From Phoronis australis (Eukaryota > Animalia > Phoronida), in assembly GCA_002633005.1 (NCBI GenBank), contig NMRA01000007.1, forward strand, positions 1,448,416 to 1,512,415: DNA of 64,000 nt, written 5' to 3'. Positions 1-12,682 of this stretch are shown here, piece by piece (position 1 is the stretch's first letter; every line of letters starts with the position of its first letter). The translations under genes and the position numbers were made by a program. The notes beneath the pieces were generated by a model. The model worked only from the letters and a program-made list of their open reading frames with translations, was not told the DNA's origin and searched no databases.

Positions 1-56
1 AGTAGGAATAAGAAATGGGTCAGTGTCACTGCTGAGAGGGTACACACCACTCTTAC

Positions 57-152
57 CTATGGTACAAACGATTCCTGTCATACGCAATACCTGCGCCTGT
101 TTGTCTATGTCCATGTGGCACCAGTGTTCAAGCCGTGTGTTGGCACTAGAAT
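57..152 (-). CDS. PK: Pyruvate kinase N-terminal exon, copy B (phase 1-1, 96 nt); gene continues beyond the left edge
   Basis: Boundaries are ttgttcAG|...ACCATAG|GTAAGA. It translates as (D)SSANTRLEHWCHMDIDKQAQVLRMTGIVCTI(G), matching the pyruvate kinase motif ADTFLEHMCRLDID...[11 protein letters not shown]. Confidence 0.85.
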
Positions 153-428
153 CTGAACAACAATATCGGCACACGTTAGATAAACACAAAGTAACAGGTT
201 AGTAACAGGGTGGCCTTCTGTATTTCTGCATCGACACATCTCAACAACAAGTTTCTCTTATGACTCAAGAATTCTGCTAATTATTGAACGGAGAGCTTAA
301 TGTTTAATAGAAGGCCACAGAAGTGGCTTCTTTGGAAGATTTCTTGTACACTTTGCATGGGTTTTGTTTCAGTCTCTTGAATGGTGTCTGCACACACACT
401 CACGCATCTTTCAAAGCTTCACTTCAAC

Positions 429-631
429 TTAAAGCTGCACATTGCCCTGATTAGCAGGCTAAAATGAAAAACGAATTAAGCTTTTTACTCTAATTAAATC
501 GGTATCCTAATATTCAGGATTGGAATTCAAAAATGGCAGATGCACGCATTGCAGACAGATTTTATGGGAGTAAAAAATGTAATTCGCTTTTCGTTTTTTA
601 GCAAGTTCATTAGGGTGAAATGCAGCATTAA
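429..631. mobile_element. TTAA-flanked MITE (Kolobok-like)
   Basis: About 60-bp imperfect TIRs: ttaaagctgcacattgccctga...ctttttactc and gagtaaaaaatg...tagggtgaaatgcagcattaa, with TTAA at both ends. Confidence 0.6.
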
Positions 632-1000
632 CTTTTAGAGAAAACGCAAATGCATGAATTTGTGACTGCATTAATCTAATTGTCCAGGGTTTGAAAATGT
701 AGTTTTAACAATTTTTATCCAGTTACCCATTTTAGTTAACTTTCCCTGATAATGGTCCCCATAAGCAGAGCTAGAATCTATTGAGCAAAGTTTGCCATCT
801 ATGAACACATGCAAAGAGAAAAGCAAACTCACAAATAACAACTGAAAGCATTTTTGACAGCAGAATTTGCGAGAAAGCAATGAGAAGTTGTTGAGACTCG
901 TCTTACGTGGCGAATGCAGGAATGCTGAACAATGGCCAACCCAGAGACGCTCCAACACACGATCACACGGAGGCGCCGGTAGTGACACCAATGAACATAC

Positions 1001-1166
1001 CGATTGTACAGATTATACCAGTCATACGAATGAAGTGAGGCTCTGAATCAATGTCCAACGCACACAGATGTTCCAGGTGAGTGTGGGCCTCGGCCGCCTG
1101 CAGTTGCTGGCGCTGGACGTAGTACTCCCCTGCATGCTCTTCCTCAACGGTGCGTCTATGGTGAGC
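1001..1166 (-). CDS. PK: Pyruvate kinase N-terminal exon, copy A (phase 0-1, 166 nt)
   Basis: Boundaries are cattccAG|GCT...ACAATCG|GTATGT. It translates as [55 protein letters not shown](G), closely matching vertebrate [44 protein letters not shown]. Confidence 0.92.
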
Positions 1167-2537
1167 CTGGAATGGAATGTGTCAGCATTACACTGGGAAC
1201 AACTACTAACAATAACGAGCAATGCGGGGGTCTGCTGATGACATAGCTGACACTTGGGTCCACAAACAGCAACAGAAATGCAGTCCCATCACAGTTTCGA
1301 AAGTTTCGCATGTCTTAGATTCTTCCCAATTCAGGTAACCACGAGGCAATTTAACAAAATTGTGTATTTTAGAGGTGACGTGGTCTATAAGAGTAAAAAA
1401 TGAAGAGTGATTCTGCACTTATGGAAGACACAAATTTTATTTTTCAATATCTCAGCTTTAAGAAATTACACGTTTTACCTCACTGTTACCACAGTATAGT
1501 TTTGAACTGTACAACTGTCACGGAACACCTTTTGGTAAAGCTTTGATAATATACACTTAATTCAGCCTCTGACAAACTCGACAGAGAGAATTCCATTTTG
1601 GATTGTTGTAAATTGAAGAATTGCCTAATAAATCACGAACAAACAATGATCCAAATAGGAAAGGAAGCAAACGTCCAGTGAGAGAATGTTCTGGACTTAC
1701 ACTCAAAATACCCGTATCCACATACCTCCTTTTCTCTCAACTAATCTTTAACATGTGAGGCATTTTCAGAGTCTATGACCTATGAGATGAAATGCTATAC
1801 AAAAAACACTAGCATTAACAAAACAAAGATAGTAGTAGTAATACACTTTAGATAGCGCACAGCAATGTAGAAGAATAGTTGCCAGTAGTGTATTATGACT
1901 ACAGCTACAAATATGGCGACAAATTCCTTTACTGAAGCATTTCACACCATTAAAAGGATGCATTTTTCCATTGGCAGAGGAGCATCCTAGATTGGCAGGC
2001 TGGCAGCCATTGTATACGCGGAACTCTCAGTACATTTAGCTAAAGGCATCTACTCTGTCCTAATAAAGTTAATTACTCCTTTTCATCGAGTATAACCCTC
2101 ATGTACAGCAAATTAAGCTTTAGATCCAATAAATGAAATGAACAATAATCCAGTGATCAATGTTGTGAGCTCCACAGTCACTATCTACACTCCAGTATTA
2201 GTGAGGACAATGGACCATGTATCCCGTGATCCTACTTATTTAACGCACAATATGGTCAACAAGTGAAATTCTATTTTGTCACATTTTTCCACAAAAAATA
2301 AAGATCATTATTAGAAAATTTTAGTCTCAGTACAAGCATTGTTTGTAGTGCGGAAATGTCACGAAGCAACATCTGGTAAATTTCCTTAATTTCCAGCCAG
2401 GGAGTCACTCCTTAAATGTAGTAAAATGACAATTTTGGTAAATATTTGTTGTGCGAAATAAGTGGAAAATTACTGTAACTATTATGTGCATAAGAAAGGG
2501 ATCAGCTATTAGTTAATACAACAAGTTTACATGTCTG

Positions 2538-2957
2538 TAGTCCCGTCCACACACAGCCTACCCTAAAATAACTTGCACTAGTGCAACTTACCCCACTTTT
2601 AAGTGGAGCTTGCACACACACACACACACACTCGATAACTAAGGTAAGGCGGATACTGTCGCTCTGTGCATGACAAAATGAAACCTAATGCCAATACTGC
2701 GCTCAAGAGAATCCCCGTCTGCATGTTACCGCAGCTGATAATTACATCCGCTAGCCCACTTTTGTGGCCACACAGCGATTATAAGTGGCCCAAGTTACCC
2801 TAGAACAAGTTACCCCACCTCGATAATGTGGAATGAATTGTCACAAGTGGGGTAGGTTGTACTAGTTTAAATAGCCCCCATACAGCCCTCTAACCTAGCG
2901 ACAACTCCTTCCAGGAGTAACTTGTTCTATTGTAAGTCTGTGTATGGACGGCACTTT
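2538..2957. mobile_element. MITE, PIF/Harbinger-like TIRs
   Basis: Left end tagtcccgtccacacacagcctac matches the reverse complement of the right end, taaagtgccgtccatacacagacttac; internal ttacccca/tggggta repeats. Confidence 0.55.
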
Positions 2958-2993
2958 AGACCAAATACAGTTACAATCACAAAAATGTTTGAC

Positions 2994-3654
2994 TAAAGGC
3001 TCGTTCACACGAGAAATCGCTTTGAGGGAAAAAATGCGCAATTCCATTCCACCAAAATTTCCGCAATCCACGAGTGTTCATGCGACTCTTGTCAATTCAG
3101 CAATTTCTGTCGACTAAAAACACCAACGGAAGGAAAAGAATGCGCCGCTGATACAAATGCAGCTATTTACGAGGTCTTGTGATTGAACAGAACTGAATTT
3201 TGCCTCGTTACCTCAACTTCGTTATTGATTCTAACAAAAGCCTATTCATCCTTCTTCGTCCCAGACAGCTGGCCACCCACTACAGCGTCCCGCCACAAGC
3301 CGATGAGTAACTCAGTTTCTGCGTCAGACCACATTTTAGATAAAGCAAATTTTTATAGCAAGGCAACGCAGATTTCGAAACTTTTTGGAAATAAAGCAGG
3401 CATTCTTGTACCATGCACAGTGCGATGAGCATGTCGTCAATCTTGCACTTTGTGTTGAGTATGGTATGAGTAATTAATCATCAAGCTTGTGAAAACAACC
3501 CAAAACAGCATCTGGAGTGTTTTCCAAAAATAAATTCTTGGTAAAACTGGGATTACTGTATTTTTGCATTCACACGACAACTTTTTCCCACAATCTTGAT
3601 TCCATAAAATATTGCACAAAAATTTCGGCAAAAAAGTCGCATGAACAGGCCTTA
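2994..3654. mobile_element. MITE, PIF/Harbinger-like TIRs
   Basis: Left end taaaggctcgttcacacga matches the reverse complement of the right end, ttaaggcctgttcatgcga; TAA/TTA flanks. Confidence 0.5.
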
Positions 3655-4601
3655 AGTCAAAACCTATCAGGATTAAACTTCAAAAATAAGATAAGAACCA
3701 AACACCATAACATAATACTTACAAAGGCACTGTAGATTGTGCCACTGATTATTTCCAACTTCTATTACAACTTATGTCTACAGCCTCATTCACTGCCAGA
3801 CCCATTAATTTCCATGTAGCTGAGCTTCTAACCAGGTGTAGAATGTATACATGTATATCTGCTGAATATTCATTGCGACTGTTTACGCAAGTTAACTGAA
3901 CCAAAAATCAACAGATTTTCAACTTATGCTATAATAAAAATTTTCCAAGTTGGGGACAGTTTAAAAATCTTCATCAGGAACCAGGCACATGCGAGTATAT
4001 GTGGAACACTTGGGTGAAACCAAGGAGCAATTGCCTTGAAATACTTGAGTGGAACATGGATCCTCTGTTATCAAATGATAGAAGGTGACAAGTACTCAGC
4101 TTAACACAGACTCAGATTACGAAAAAATACAGTAGCGTAATTCTTCACCTAATGTGCACATAATGTGGCAGACGTGATATTTTATTTTGTCGAATTCTTC
4201 CACAAATATCATCAGTCTAACATTAACTTGGATTGTACTGTGAAGATAACACAACATTTAACAAAGTTGATATTATTTGCAATATGGCAATCAGCCTTTG
4301 AAAAGGAAAAACGATAATTTTGACAATTATTTTTGTGCAATGAACAATTACTGTACCTCAGAATGCTCAGATGTAAATTTCTTGAATAAGTAGGGAACTA
4401 AAGTTAAAAACTATTTAGAATAACCCTATATTATAACCATGATTAAATTAAGTACTTCAATGCCTTGGATTTGTAAGTTCAATTAATTATTACTTGTTCA
4501 CAATTAAATCATAACATTTAACTGTTCACACAGTTGTTACGTGTCAGTTGTTACGTGACTGAACACAGTCCCCATCCCATGAGGCACCTAGACCTTCCTT
4601 C

Positions 4602-5687
4602 CTAATGGTGAACATTGAATCCCGCTAACACACTGTTGACGTTGATGCGTGGTAGATGAAGAATGCAAGGCAAACTGTCCGACTCCTTCGACAAGTGCTT
4701 GATCAGAGTATTGACACTCTTGTAGCTTTTCTTACTGTTATGTAACTGCACGCCGTGGTCGTTCCTAATAATCAGGTAGTTAGCTACGCGCCCTTCAGTC
4801 TCTGAATCGTCATTTGGGACTTTGACGCTAAGCGAAAAGCTGCCAGGGAACCTTGAGCTGTCGCGAATGATGAACGCCCCAAAAGTTTCGTCTTCGAGCA
4901 CCTCAATAGCCTCATCTTGGGACATCATGGGGAAATAGGATGGCAAGCCACATGGATCGATCACGTAGTCTTTGTCATGACGGAAAGGGTTACTGTGACT
5001 GTTGGACGTATTCCCCTCTTTGCCGCTACTCTCCATCTTGCGCTCCTGGTAAAGCTTCTTGAATTTCTCCAGGTGTACTTTCACCTGTTCTTCGACGATG
5101 CTACTTATTCTTTTTTGCTTCGACTGCTTGATGAACGCCTTGCGGAAGACACGCTCAAAAGCCTTCTGTAGATTCTCTGTTCTCTCTCGCGAGCCCATAG
5201 TGAACGCGTGACAGTACTGCCTTATTTCGTTCGCCTCGCGTGCTATGTAACAGAACATAAGGTTCTCCGCGCTGCCAGAGGCATACGAGATACGATGAAT
5301 TGCATGACTGTTGTATACCTTCTTACCCTCCGTATCGGCTATAACAATGCCCTCTGTGGAGACAATGAGAATTACATGAAAAGTTCTCCTGTTTGATTTC
5401 TTAGCCTCTATCATTTTCTCCTTAGCCTCCTGTCTCAAGTCTTTGTCATCATGACCTTTCAAAGGGTATGACCCCAGATATTCGCTTGGGTACACGACAA
5501 CCTCTTCATCCTTCTTACGAATCTCCAACACCAGGGGGAGCTCTTCATACAATGGTTCTCTTTTACTTTCGCTGACGGCAGCAGCTCCGGACTTCTGCAA
5601 CTCTCGTTCTTCGTATTTTTCTCGTTTTTTCAACAGGATCCTCTTGTCCCGTGTAGCTAAGTGTTCACGTGCCTTGTTGAGATACAT
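4602..5687 (-). CDS. PTB (N-terminal) + SH2 (C-terminal) adaptor protein, SH2D5/Shc-like architecture, 361 aa, uninterrupted CDS
   Basis: Long ORF with PTB motifs (EYLGS..., VSTEGI, HAIHRISYAS, FCYIARE, YCHAF) and SH2 motifs (MSQDEAIEVL...GAFIIRDSSRFPGSFSLSVKV...YKSVNTLIKH), with the betaB5 Arg retained. A splice acceptor gttttgtAG lies about 100 nt upstream (5792-5793); candidate AATAAA at 4181-4186. Confidence 0.88.
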   Translation of the reverse strand: MYLNKAREHLATRDKRILLKKREKYEERELQKSGAAAVSESKREPLYEELPLVLEIRKKDEEVVVYPSEYLGSYPLKGHDDKDLRQEAKEKMIEAKKSNRRTFHVILIVSTEGIVIADTEGKKVYNSHAIHRISYASGSAENLMFCYIAREANEIRQYCHAFTMGSRERTENLQKAFERVFRKAFIKQSKQKRISSIVEEQVKVHLEKFKKLYQERKMESSGKEGNTSNSHSNPFRHDKDYVIDPCGLPSYFPMMSQDEAIEVLEDETFGAFIIRDSSRFPGSFSLSVKVPNDDSETEGRVANYLIIRNDHGVQLHNSKKSYKSVNTLIKHLSKESDSLPCILHLPRINVNSVLAGFNVHH

Positions 5688-8081
5688 TGTTTCCTACTTA
5701 TTACTTAGCGCAATAGATTGTGGTAACCGGGGTATCAAAGCAGCTGCCGAATACTAATTACCTATTTCCTGTCCTAGTTTTTCACAGTGATCTACAAAAC
5801 ATTTTTTATTAACAGTGATAAAAAGTACTAATACAGAAACAGAACAAAAAGAGCGCAATCGTTTTATTAACAATGCTAACTTGTACTACCAGAATCTACA
5901 GGGCGCTTGAATCAAGGTGGCACGGGTTCAAAAACAATTTTTTTTAGTAGTGAAAAGTAGACATTCACTTTTAAGGAACTAAACATCCCAAATGTCCATG
6001 GGAGGACCCATAGCACAAGACAAATCATTCAGACAAAATAACGCAGCATCCCCATCATGAAATCTAGGAGTAGCCTTCCCTCATGACAAGATAGTTAGTA
6101 AGGTGGCCTAGTCATTCTATAATTAAAATTTAGCCTAATAGTCATTACCTGTCATATAAGCTTTAAAAGAATTAGCTGGGGTTGAGGTATTTTGTACGAT
6201 TACTTGTCTTGTATTGTACAATCAAATGTGGCCATTTAAAAGGGGGAATTACTAGGGTTGGGCGTGAACTGTGACAAGTACAGGAATGAAACAAAACACT
6301 CAGAGATTGTAGACTTCAAACCAAGGCAATGCTTCCTCCCTCATAATAATCCTCCCTAATAATAAATGGATATATTCCCACACATGGCGATACAGACCCA
6401 TAGAGATCATGTGTGATTTGGACTGCAAGGTATGTGGATTAAAATTCATGGTGGCACACTGCATTGCATTATCATGTGGTAAACTGACCCACATACAGTA
6501 CAAGACAAAAGCAATCAGACAAAATACCTTTCCCTTTGACAACTTCCAATTCCGTTAACATCAAAAAGACTGGTAATAACTATTAGGGCAGCATAATTCT
6601 AACAACAGAATGGCTTAACCACCTGATTAACTAACCTATTGATTCACCTTCATTCTCTGTCATGAGAGAAAACTATGAGTTTGGATTCTGCCCATTTGTC
6701 ATGACAAGAAATTCCAGGTCATGTTGTCTGAATAGTTTGTATTTCTACTACATGGGCAAATTAATTAAAAGCAGTATTTTACTGCAATGAACTCAGATAT
6801 ATCTAAGAGCCCACATGCAGAGGTTTAATTAATTTTTAAATACTGGTAGTAAAGATGTCCTAATTGTAATAAGTTGTGGCAGATGCCATAGTCAAGTTTC
6901 TTATGTTACCTTAACGAGAATAGACACACTGCATTTCATGGTTTTTGTGCCCCGAACATAGAATTTTAAAATCCACACCATAATGCAATTGCCAAAGTTG
7001 AAAATCAAAAATTATCCAAATACTTCAGAATGGGCCAGAGAAGTGGTAGAATCAACGACAACTACATAATGCCCCCACAGACAAAAATCAAATCCTACAG
7101 GCTTTAAAATTTCAGAAAATGTACACTTTTACCCGGATAAAATCTATAGCTTTATAGATATTTGGCTTAATACAGACTAGTTGATAAGGCCCCACATAAC
7201 CCACAGCCTGTTTGGTATTTCCCGGTCAGAACCCGAATTACTAGCCATACCTTGAACATTTTTAAGTGGCTCAAGGATGTTATCTGAATGTATTTACCTA
7301 GTTCTCCATAGAACAGAGGTTGCATGGAATTCCACTATAATCTAACAACATATTCATAAGGTATATCCATACGATACTGACACCAGATGTCAGTAATAAA
7401 TCTCTTGGTAATTTTATCTGCAATAAGGGGATATAGTCGCTATAAAGCTATAAATGTGTTTGATTTAGAACACTTGTCTTATCCTCAAATAACTGGGCTG
7501 ATTGCCCATGAGGTTAGACACCCACAAGAAAAGCTAGAAGTGTGATTACACGGTACATGCTGCGCTTCTAATGCTAGGCAATAACTCTTGAAGACTTGTG
7601 GGGAGACAGTGGAGGGGGGGAGGTGGGGGATCCAGCCTTATGACGAGTTTGTCGCGCCTGTGAAACCCTGGCTGTTTCTTGATGAGTTGGTCTATTAACT
7701 GTTGTCTACAAATCAGTCTATGGATCCACAAGCCTGTTCCATGAAAACAGGCTAAAAGGCTTATAAGTTGGAAAAATCTGTCTACAATATGAAGCCAAAA
7801 GACAGAAATACGTAATCAGCTTGATTACAGACCAAAAGCCAAAGTCACAAGACAAAAAACAACTTTTGTCAACAGACACTGCGAAACAGGTCACAACATG
7901 TTTTTGAGTCAGACTAGAGAACATTTCCCAGCTTAAGAAGAACCAGAGATTCTTAATTGCTTGACAACTGGAGGTCAATATATTGGCTTGTCAAGGCAGA
8001 TTATTTTATGCCTCTAAAGCACTAATGAACTGTTAGACATCACTCCCCATCTGAGCAAAGAACAGGACCAGACCAGTTATA

Positions 8082-8604
8082 CTGAAGCGTGTTCAAGAGA
8101 GTAAGCGCCCGCTAGCGTGTACTCGCGAACACAAGGAACAGCTCCTGAACAGCTGTGAGCACTAACTGTGCGATCCAGTATGGCGACTCTGAAGCAGATT
8201 GTGTTGAACGTCTTAGCCGATGAGCTTAACACTAACAGTCCTTCCTATGGCGTACTGAGCGATGACTATGATTAATCTTTGCCAATATTAATACCGGAAG
8301 CCCAAGACAACAACCATGAAGGCTTTGGAACGACAAGAATCTAAAATTACGTCGAGGAAACAGCGACCCGCAATTTAAGTCGCACTTTCGGATGAGTCAG
8401 TCAACTTTTGAGGTTAGTTATCGTGTTGCAGAACCATAATGGGTTCATATGTTGCAGACGTGAAGCCTTCACGGAAGGACACCATCTTGGAAATCTAAGC
8501 GAACATGCTCTCGAGGTTGTTTGCGAGCGCTAACAAAACACAGCTGTTCAGGACAAGGGTGCTGAAATCGCTAGCGGGCGCTCACTCTATTGAACACGCT
8601 TCAG
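8082..8604 (+). mobile_element. Non-autonomous PIF/Harbinger-like element with a transposase 5' remnant
   Basis: About 36-bp TIRs: ctgaagcgtgttcaagagagtaagcgcccgctagcg and cgctagcgggcgctcactctattgaacacgcttcag. Internal broken frame NYVEET...QFKSHFRMSQSTFE (8371-8412) resembles the Harbinger/HARBI1 N-terminal FRMsr.tF motif. Confidence 0.7.
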
Positions 8605-10579
8605 AGCAAGTGGTCAAATGGCTCATTTGGAATAATGCCCACACTCCTTAGTAAGAACACTTAAATGCCCTTTTAAAAGAAAGTTAAAATTACATTTAGT
8701 TTTGCAGTAAATGGGCCGTTTTAACAGTGGAGCATCAACGCATAGAGAATGGTAATGTTAATCTCTGGTACCATCGAAGCAATCAACTAATGTCGCTGTC
8801 ACCAAAACCACACTCAATGCTTAAAATTTCTAAATATGTTGTTCTAATATTCCCAATTCTACTTCTATTTATAAGCATTTCATCTTGGGTACTATCCAAT
8901 TATATACTTGGGTCTTGACATATAAAAACTTGAAGACATTAAAAACTCTTAAGTTCAAAACGAACTCACTTTCCTAACTTTTCACTAAGACCACTTTTCA
9001 TTTAGACCACTAACAGCTATGAAAATTTTTCTCAACTTGTTCCTTACATATTAGAAGAAATTTCTGGATTTGTACGGAACTGACAGTTTGTTTTTCCTCG
9101 AGACTAACCTTGGCATACAAGCTAGTTTGTAGAGCCTAGTCTCAACAACTTTTAAAAATGCTGCCAGTTCTTTCAAAGTCGCTGAAATTACCAATGGACA
9201 ATTTGAGACCAGTTTCATATTACATGCTCTGTGGTCTGAAGCAAAGGTTGTTTTTTTGTGATGGAAGGCGGGTTCATTGGTGCTTTAAAATTGCAGTGGT
9301 ACCTTGCCATAACTTTATTGATGTCCATCACTTGTCAAAGTTGGTTTAGTATACAAAGTTCTATTTTAAAACACAACACTTCTAAAAATGCAAGACTGTA
9401 GTCAACTTACAGTCAGTCAGGTAAAACATGACTCTGTTCTTATTTCAATTGCCCTTGGGGTTTCTGTTTCAAATGTTACCACTTTAATTACACTAAGTCT
9501 GCTGGGCATAACTTTTTGAAAAAGGCACAGTTTTTATCATCAGGTGCGCCTAAAGGACACAGGTTCAGACCTAGTCAGGAATATCCCTGAAAAAGCCTTC
9601 ATCAATTGTTCGCTTTTTTAGACCGAAGGGGAAGGCTTTATAGTAATGCCAAGTATTATAAAACTCCAGATACCAATATACTCAGAAAGATGAGCGCTTG
9701 ATTACCTTGTAGCCAATTTTGACCCTCATTCGAATATCATATTTTTTTCAACGCTTACTACAACTACCAGATGACCTACCTATATGTACAGTGTTCACTG
9801 ATTTTTTTTTTGACAATTGACAATATCTTGTCTTATACCTGATAATTAGCAAAACAAACAGTTCAGTGAAGTAGGATAATGGAAGACAGATACTGCCAGC
9901 AACAAAATGAATTCATACGATAGTCTGAATTATTCACACACGAGGTAGGTTGTATTCAATCAAGTGAGAGTCAACTGTCATCTGGAAATTGCCATACAAC
10001 AATTTGCAAAGGCATGAGTAATGAACAGGGGTTTTCTTGTAGTATTGACTATTGAGGAAGACGGCCACACAAAAATTTGGTAGACATACATGTTCTCTAA
10101 AAGGGAAAAGCCAAAAAATTTTTTACTTAAATACTAATTTGCCATTGATCGGGTCGGGTGACCATGTCACTTTAGAAAATTTAACAAAAACGTATGTTTA
10201 TACCAGCATAACAATGGCTTCAATAACATGACCAAATTTTGTTTGATAATACTGTGTTACCACTTTTCTAAATAATCATCACATTTTCGTTTAACGAAAC
10301 TTCCGATTTTTTCACAAAAACCATAAAAAAACTATTTTGATAGCCCTTCTTACAAAGTGAGTGACGTACTGAAGTGCAAAATTTGGGCATTTTCTAGGAT
10401 TCTGCATAACTTTACTATACTTATATTTTATTTTTACCAAGGGTTTGCCAATGGACATACATTGGGGTTAGTTTAAATCCCTCCAGTTGAATGTTAAATG
10501 TAATGTGACAATGACACGCAGATCCCTAGGACTCGCAGCATACAGGCCTGCTCGAGTTAACTAAAATTTATTAACTTAC

Positions 10580-10612
10580 GTGTCCACCTCTGGCAGCAAA
10601 ACCTTTTGACAT
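10580..10612 (-). CDS. PK: Candidate first coding mini-exon of pyruvate kinase (MSKGFAARGGH)
   Basis: ttcttcatttcAG|ATG TCA AAA ... GGA CAC|GTAAGT. Strong sites on both sides, 33 nt, ending in phase 0 as exon 1001-1166 requires; the MSK start resembles PKM. Linkage is inferred. Confidence 0.55.
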
Positions 10613-11814
10613 CTGAAATGAAGAAATCACAGAATGAGCCATGACCAAGCATACAATATTACAGGCGCAAGGTTAATTCTTTGCTGTCTAATGTGCCATC
10701 CACAGTACAAATGACCCTGGAACATATCATAAGGTTCACTTGGGAACAAGTTATCGCTAGGTGTAGTAGTGTGGACGCTATTTGATCCGGGACATTTGAC
10801 ACGTGTGCAACGACGGCGATAGTCTGATATAACATGTCCGAATTTTTAGAACCAGTTTTCTCTACTAAACAACAAGCACCAAACTGGTTCTCAAAATACA
10901 AGCACGTTATATCAGACTACTGCCTGCAAGTGATTTGTTCAAGGGTAACTAGTCCCGGCACAAGTTGCAGTGTGGTGACAATCCCATCAACAAGATGTAA
11001 TTACTAGCTGCACACTTGTACAGATACATGCAGTTTTGTGCTTTAATGTTTTCATTTTACTCATCACTTTATCAAGTAAATAATCCTCTACTAGTATTCT
11101 GGAACAACCGATGGAGAGAAATCCAGATATGTAATAGCAAAAATGGAAATGGTGAACAACGATTTTTAGAAAAACACGAAAGTGCAGAGTTATAATTTCT
11201 ACAGTGCCATCAGATGTGGGTACGGCTGATCGGGGCAAGATACTCCAGGGTAAGTTGTTTGTAGCGTGGACATGACTTACCAGACCAGAGAGAAGGATAC
11301 AAGGTGGCAATGAGCCAAAACTTGTTGACTGAATTGAGTTTTTTTTTCAAATCAATCATGTGGCCCAGTTCCCTTTAGAAGGCATTTAAACGGTACACAT
11401 AGACTTAGGTGGACAACCTCACAGGAGACGCAATATTTCAAAATTAAGAAAATAAAACTTTTAATAAAGCTTGTTTAAACATCAATTGTAAGAAGATAAG
11501 AAAGTATCCTGATGTTACATGAGCCACTCATTTTTCAGCTGCAAAAAACCCTAATATACCTCAAAGGTAACACATGAAAATCTTAACCGTAGGTGTACAT
11601 CTTGATATCTTTTTAGGTTTTCATAATTTGGTCTAATCTCAACTGATGAATACAGAGTTAATTTAAGAGCAAACTGGAAGATTATTTTCTTTCCTCTAGA
11701 CAAAGCACTGACTTATGTATCGAAAAATACATGAAACTATGATAGACTTTTATTTAAACAACTCCGTGATAAAACTAAGACTGAGTTTGTGTATTTTATC
11801 CCACAAACAGGCAC

Positions 11815-11872
11815 ACACTAAAGAGAATCAGTTATCAATAATGACACTAAAGAGAATCAGTTATCAATAATG
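11815..11872. repeat. 29-bp tandem duplication
   Basis: acactaaagagaatcagttatcaataatg occurs twice in tandem. Confidence 0.8.
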
Positions 11873-12506
11873 GGGTACACCAATATCAAACACTCTTCAA
11901 CCAATCTCAAGCTCATCCTTCTCCACAGAGCTGATAAAATACTAGCATTTGATAGCAATAAAACACCTCCACATTTCATGCACCGTAAACTCTCAAAAAC
12001 TCAGCACATTATATTATTCAAAATAAAATGGTTGTGATTTCACATCAGCATAAATTTTACACGAACCACTATACATCGATAGATACACCTTGATGTGAAA
12101 CTCACTCAACAAATTCTGGACTGATGCCGTGGGGCACTCCCACAGAACAAGTACAGCATACAGGGTGAAGCACTTAGAAAGGCGACTTCTTGACAAAATT
12201 TCCCACAAAAGGGTCGATGTTACTAATAAAATTCCCAGCAAAAAAGATCACGACAAAATTCCCAACAAAAGAAGTCACTGCTATTCATGATACCTTTTCC
12301 ATCTACACAAATTTACAGAAGGGTAGGTTTTAAAAACTGACCTTCTGGACCAATATACTCTCCGAAAACGTGACTTCTTCAACAACCTCCCTACAAATGC
12401 ATCCCTTTTTCAAGCCCTATCTCTACATGGACGGGTATTCTCATTTTGCCAGTATCTGATGTTCAGCAATTCAGGAACAGTTAATTGTTTTTAAACCATG
12501 TCTATC

Positions 12507-12682
12507 TAAAGTCACTTTCCCATTAAAAGCGAAACTTGGTTTTTACCGGAGTTTTGGTAAATGGGAAAGGTTAACTCTTGATAGATAATCTGCAAGCAAA
12601 ACTTCGCTTAAAATAGTGTGAAAGGTACCCAAGTTTCGATGAGGCTTAAAACTAAAGTTCCCCTAATGGGAAAATGCTTTAA
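12507..12682. mobile_element. Short MITE
   Basis: Left end taaagtcactttcccattaaaagcgaaacttggtttt matches the reverse complement of the right end, ttaaagcattttcccattaggggaactttagtttt. Confidence 0.5.

Noticed and set aside
907-924. 18-nt AG...GTAAGA micro-exon candidate between the two PK exons
   Set aside because: It is frame-compatible but too short to support without transcript data.
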